This document shows, piece by piece, positions 58,736-64,000 of a stretch of 64,000 bases of DNA (the first letter of the stretch is position 1; every line of letters starts with the position of its first letter). The translations under genes were made by a program, and so were the position numbers. A model generated the notes under the pieces. The model saw only the letters and a list, made by a program, of their open reading frames with translations. It searched no databases and had not been told where the DNA came from. The DNA lies in assembly GCF_963921235.1 (NCBI RefSeq), contig NC_086097.1:186932001-186996000 (forward strand), given 5' to 3'. The stretch comes from Mobula hypostoma. Lineage: Eukaryota.

Positions 58736-61355
58736 TCAGTCAAGCCAGGAAGTGTCATGTGTTGGTTAATAGTGATTACGGTGATTCTTTCGCGATGGAA
58801 TGCAAAGAGCTTACTGGCCAATAGCTAGGAATTCAAGCACTTTATTAAAGAAATAGTTGTAAAACCGGATGTAGTATGTATTCAGGAAACTTAGTTGAAA
58901 CCAACTTTAGACTTTGTGGTGTATGGGTACACAATGATAAGGAAAGATAGAATTCTAGCGGGAGGAGGGAGTTGTGCAATGTTAATCAAACAAGGTGTAC
59001 CATATAGGATATTGGAAAAAGGAGATGATTGGGAATACATAGTGGTGGAAGTGTGGGAGAGAGGGGAGGGAGTGGTTATAATTAACTACTACAATCCATG
59101 TAAAAGGTTGGATTTGGACAGCCCATTAAGGATACAAGGACAAAACAGACATAAAGTAGTGTGCTGTGCAGATTTCAATGCTCATAGCACAATATGGGGG
59201 TATACGATCACAGATTCAAATGGAAAGGTAATTGATTTGATGGAAGAAAAGGATTTGGTGTGTATGAATGATGGTAGAGGAAGAAGGATAAACTTAACAA
59301 CAGGAACTGAGTCAGTATTAGATATTATGTTAGTGTCTAATACGTTGGCTGGCGTTAGTAACTGGGGAGTTTGGACTGCTTCAGGAAAGGGTTGGATCAT
59401 TTAAATTTCTGGGAATTATATTTGATTCACAATTAACATGGGTAGAACATATCAGGAAAATTGAGGAGAAATGTAAAAAAGTAATAAATGTGATGAGATG
59501 TTTGACTGGTAGGGAATGGGGAGCAAGTTGTTCAGTGTTGAAGAGAATGTACGTGGCTTTAGTAAGATCTATGTTGGACTATGGATCCAGCATATGGATC
59601 AGCAGCTAAGTCTCTTATAAGGAAACTGGATGAGATTCAGTCTCAGGCTTTGAGAGTGTGCAGTGAGGCTTTTAAAACATCACCAGTATCAGCCCTACAG
59701 GTAGAAATGGGAGTAATGCCTTTGGAACTAAGAAGGATGCAATTGACGGCAAAATACTGGGCTAATTTGCAGGGTCACAATAATTCTCACCCTGCAAAAG
59801 GAGTGTTGCAGGAGTGCTGGGAAAATGGGAGGTTTCAGAGGGATAACTTTAGTTGGGTAGGGAATGATATTGCTAAAGAATGTGGAGTGTTTGATCTAAG
59901 GATAAGTCCTTCAGTAGTTTATCCGATTGTAGTTCCATGGAAGCTTGTATGGCCTGACATAGACTGGCATTTGTTAGAGGTAAAAAGGAAAGGAAAATAT
60001 AAAACTGATTTGGTAAGTGCATTTAACTGTCATGTGATGGAAAAGTATAGAGATTATACTCAGATTTATACGGATGGTGCTAAGGAACCTGAAACAGGAG
60101 TGACAGGGTTTGGGGTGGCTATACCAGCAAAAGAAATTGGAATCAGCAGAAGACATCTAATAAGTTAGGGGTGTATGCAGTGGAGATGCCGGCAGTGTTG
60201 GTTGCCTTGTGATGGCTGGAGAAAGCTAGACAAGTCAAAGTATAGATATGCTCAGTTTCATCCTCAGTTCTAGCAAGTTTAAGGTCTTTTCACTCAAACA
60301 GTCGGCAAGATGTACATTATGAAGTCCTTCAGTCAGTCACAAGAAATGTAAATCAGGGAGGTCAGGTAAAATTTTTATGGGTTCCAGCACATGTAAGGGT
60401 GAAGGGCAATGAGAGGTTGGATGAGTTGGCAAAGAGGATATTAAAGAAAGAAAATATAGAAATGCACATTAGTATCAGTAAAGTAGAGGCTAAGTGTGTA
60501 ATCTGGGAAAAAAATCAACCAAATATGGCAAGAAAGATGGGACAGGGAGGGGAAAGGAAGGCATTTATATCAAATACAAAAAGTGTTGCAGATACTAGGG
60601 TAGGTAGTGGATACAGAAGAGAGGAAATTGTGTGGACTAGGTTAAGGCTGGGGCACTGTGCATTAAACAAAACATTGAAAATGATAGGGAAACACCAGAC
60701 AGGATTGTGTGAGCAATGTCAGGAGAGGAGTCAGTAGAACATGTAGTTCTGAGTTGCAGGAAGTATGGGATACAGAGAGAGATGATGATAATCAATCTAA
60801 GGGAATTGGGGGTGCAGGAATTCACATTAAAAGGATTGCTGGGCATGGGTGAGAAAGCACAGGCCAGGGTATTTTTAACTTTCTTAAGGGGTACAGGATT
60901 TTTTTTATATAGGATATGATGAATACGTAGGAATAGGGTACTAGGATGGCCAAAGATGGGAGGATAAAATGTAGGTTAGGGTATATATGTGTGTATGATT
61001 GGGTGAAGGAATTTGGAATGCAAGTCTACTGCACACTCCGGTGCAGAAGGTGGTGGTCATGCACCACTAAGCTGGGTGCCAACTGCCGTAAAACAAGAAG
61101 AAGAAGAAGAGTAACTCAAATAGCAATGCATTACAACAATGGTGCGCAGAAGAGCATCCCTGAATGCACAATACATCGAACTGTGAAGTGGATGGGCTAT
61201 AGCAGCAGAAAACCACAAACATACACTCAGTGGAGTCATTATTAAGTGCAGCAGGTACCTGATAAAGTGGCCTCCTAGTGTATAACAATCATCCAGAGAA
61301 AAAGACAGAAGAAAAACTTACCTTTCACTTTTAGAATTTTCTTTTTTTTGCTATT

Positions 61356-63515
61356 AGAAACATAGAAACATAGAAAATAGGTGCAGGAGTAGGCCATTCG
61401 GCCCTTCGAGCCTGCACCGCCATTTATTATGATCATGGCTGATCATCCAACTCAGAACCCCGCCCCAGCCTTCCCTCCATACACCCTGACCCCTGTAGCC
61501 ACAAGGGCCATATCTAACTTCCTTTTAAACATAGCTAATGAACTGGCCTCAACAGTTTGCTGTGGCAGAGAATTCCACAGATTCATCACTCTCTGTGTGA
61601 AGAAGTTTTTCCAAATCTCGGTCCTAAAAGGCTTCCCCTCTATCCTCAAACTGTGACCCCTCGTTCTGGACCTCCCCAACATCGGGAACAATCTTCCCGC
61701 ATCCAGCCTGTCCAATCCCTTTAGGATCTTATACGTTTCAATCAGATCCCCCCTCAATCTTCTAAATTCCAACGAGTACAAGCCCAGTTCATCCAGTCTT
61801 TCTTCATATGAAAGACCTGCCATCCCAGGAATCAATCTGGTGAACCTTCTTTGTACTCCCTCTATGGCAAAGATGTCTTTCCTCAGATTAGGGGACCAAA
61901 ACTGCACACAATACTCCAGGTGTGGTCTCACCAAGGCCTTGTACAACTGCAGTAGTACCTCCCTGCTCCTGTACTCGAATCCTCTCGCTATAAATGCCAG
62001 CATACCGTTCGCCTTTTTCACCGCCTGCTGTACCTGCATGCCCACTTTCAATGACTGGTGTATAATGACACCCAGGTCTCGTTGCACCTCCCCTTTTCCT
62101 AATCGGCCACCATTCAGATAATAATCTGTTTTCCTATTTTTGCCACCAAAGTGGATAACTTCACATTTATCCACATTAAATTGCATCTGCCATGAGTTTG
62201 CCCACTCACCCAACCTATCCAAGTCACCCTGCATCCTCTTAGCATCCTCCTCACTGCTAACACTGCCACCCAGCTTCGTGTCATCCGCAAACTTGGAGAT
62301 GCTGCATTTAATTCCCTCATCCAAGTCATTAATATATATTGTAAACAACTGGGGTCCCAGCACTGAGCCTTGCGGTACCCCACTAGTCACCGCCTGCCAT
62401 TCTGAAAAGGTCCCGTTTATTCCCACTCTTTGCTTCCTGTCTGCTAACCAATTCTCCACCCACACCAATACCTTACCCCCAATACCGTGTGCTTTAAGTT
62501 TGCACACTAATCTCCTGTGTGGGACCTTGTCAAAAGCCTTTTGAAAATCCAAATATACCACATCCACTGGTTCTCCCCTATCCACTCTACTAGTTACATC
62601 CTCAAAAAATTCTATGAGATTCGTCAGACATGATTTTCCTTTCACAAATCCATGCTGACTTTGTCCAATCATTTCACCGCTTTCCAAATGTGCTGTTATC
62701 ACATCCTTGATAACTGACTCCAGCAGTTTCCCCACCACCGACGTTAGGCTAACCGGCCTATAATTCCCTGGTTTCTCTCTCCCTCCTTTTTTAAAAAGTG
62801 GGGTTACATTAGCCACCCTCCAATCCTCAGGAACTAGTCCAGAATCTAACGAGTTTTGAAAAATTATCACTAATGCATCCACTATTTCTTGGGCTACTTC
62901 CTTAAGCACTCTGGGATGCAGACCATCTGGCCCTGGGGATTTATCTGCCTTCAATCCCTTCAATTTACCTAACACCACTTCCCTACTAACATGTATTTCG
63001 CTCAGTTCCTCCATCTCACTGGACCCTCTGTCCCTTACTATTTCTGGAAGATTATTTATGTCCTCCTTAGTGAAGACAGAACCAAAGTAATTATTCAATT
63101 GGTCTGCCATGTCCTTGCTCCCCATAATCAATTCACCTGTTTCTGTTTGCAGGGGACCTACATTTGTCTTTATCAGTCTTTTCCTTTTTACATATCTATA
63201 AAAGCTTTTACAGTCTGTTTTTATGTTCTCTGCCAGTTTTCTCTCATAATCTTTTTTCCCCTTCCTAATTAAGCCCTTTGTCCTCCTCTGCTGAACTCTG
63301 AATTTCTCCCAGTCCTCAGGTGAGCCACTTTCTCTGGCTAATTTGTATGCTACTTCTTTGGAATTGATACTATCCCTAATTTCTCTTGTCAGCCACGGGT
63401 GCACTACCTTCCTTGATTTATTCTTTTGCCAAACTGGGATGAACAATTGTTGTAGTTCATCCATGCAACCTTTAAATGCCTGCCATTGCATATCCACCGT
63501 CAATCCTTTAAGTGT
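61356..63515 (-). mobile_element. Young 5'-truncated CR1, sibling of 28771-32188
   Basis: 683-aa open RT ORF 61452-63503; TSD CTATT at 61351-61355 / 63516-63520; (TTCTATGT)n tail. Confidence 0.95.
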
Positions 63516-64000
63516 CTATTGATCACTGTAAACTGGTTACAATTAGTGTTCTGACTTTATCAGCTTTTTATGGAAAGAAAAATTAAAATAAACACCTGAT
63601 TGCACAACTGAAATTAAGTCATGCTAGGTGAACACAGAATGACTCATTCTTGGAAGTACCAAATCAAATTTCCAGAGTGACAAAATCAGACAAGGAAATG
63701 GTCCTTTTTGTATTTCACTCTGGGTAGCTTTTACTTTATCTGTAACCACAATTATTTAAGAGAGAACAAAGTTAGTATTGGATGTCATTGTTCTGAACTT
63801 ACCATGCAAATCATTGTTCAAAGTTCCAAAGGTTCATTTTATTGTCTAAATATACATGTACAATACAACTGATATTTGTCTACTCTAGATAGCCATTAAA
63901 TACAGAAAGACCATGGGTGTTGATGAAAGAAAAGACATTAACTCCCCCCCAGCATGAAAAAGAAACAAAACTCACAAACCCCAAAATTCTCCCTCCCCAG

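Larger units (their letters stand above)
55933..61109 (+). mobile_element. I/Nimb-clade LINE (gag-like ORF1, APE, RT core deleted, RNase H, C-terminal zinc finger)
   Basis: ORF1 zinc knuckles; EN ORF 58895-59404 (ADFNAHS, SVLD); RNase H IYTDGAK and WVPAHV..GNERLDELAK; RLRLGH..CEQC..ESVEHVVLSC; (GAA)n tail; TSD agaaactcaaa 55922-55932 / agtaactcaaa 61110-61120. Confidence 0.88.
55692..61282 (+). mobile_element. Tc1/mariner transposase relic (55692-55932 and 61110-61282) split by later insertions
   Basis: Pieces encode SRVHREWCEKQ...RGQRRMAKLVQAD and VTQIAMHYNNGAQKSIPECTIHRTVKWMGYSSRKP (Tc1 HTH region); ends in TA-flanked TIR-like sequence. Confidence 0.75.

Noticed and set aside
1..64000. Prokaryotic RT systems (retron, DGR, group II intron, CRISPR-RT) or CRISPR arrays
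   Set aside because: All RTs are non-LTR or Penelope type in eukaryotic context; no regularly spaced repeat-spacer array or operon structure

Overview
Eukaryotic, transposon-saturated, gene-poor DNA. The repeat complement (CR1 LINEs with an SGNH-esterase ORF1, HE1/V-SINE-like SINEs, Neptune-type Penelope elements) suggests a cartilaginous fish; this is inference. Most of the window is nested retroelements: many CR1 copies (two young, near-identical and inverted at 28.8-32.2 kb and 61.4-63.5 kb), a full-length Rex1/Babar LINE with TSD, an I/Nimb-clade LINE with RNase H and a deleted RT core, and Penelope-like fragments carrying minimal hammerhead-ribozyme motifs, one within a perfect 95-bp-arm palindrome. 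DNA transposon relics include a hAT with 8-bp TSD, a hAT-like element with 6-bp TSD, a 78-bp hAT MITE, a Tigger4/Zombi-like element and Tc1. The only host-gene-like sequence I recognised is an orphan, disabled exon resembling the RIPK2 kinase activation-loop exon (8699-8856), which is absent from the ORF track. I see no intact host gene, rRNA, CRISPR or prokaryotic system, and I cannot support a wholly new biological system. Boundaries of decayed repeats are approximate, and family names come from recalled motifs, not database searches.
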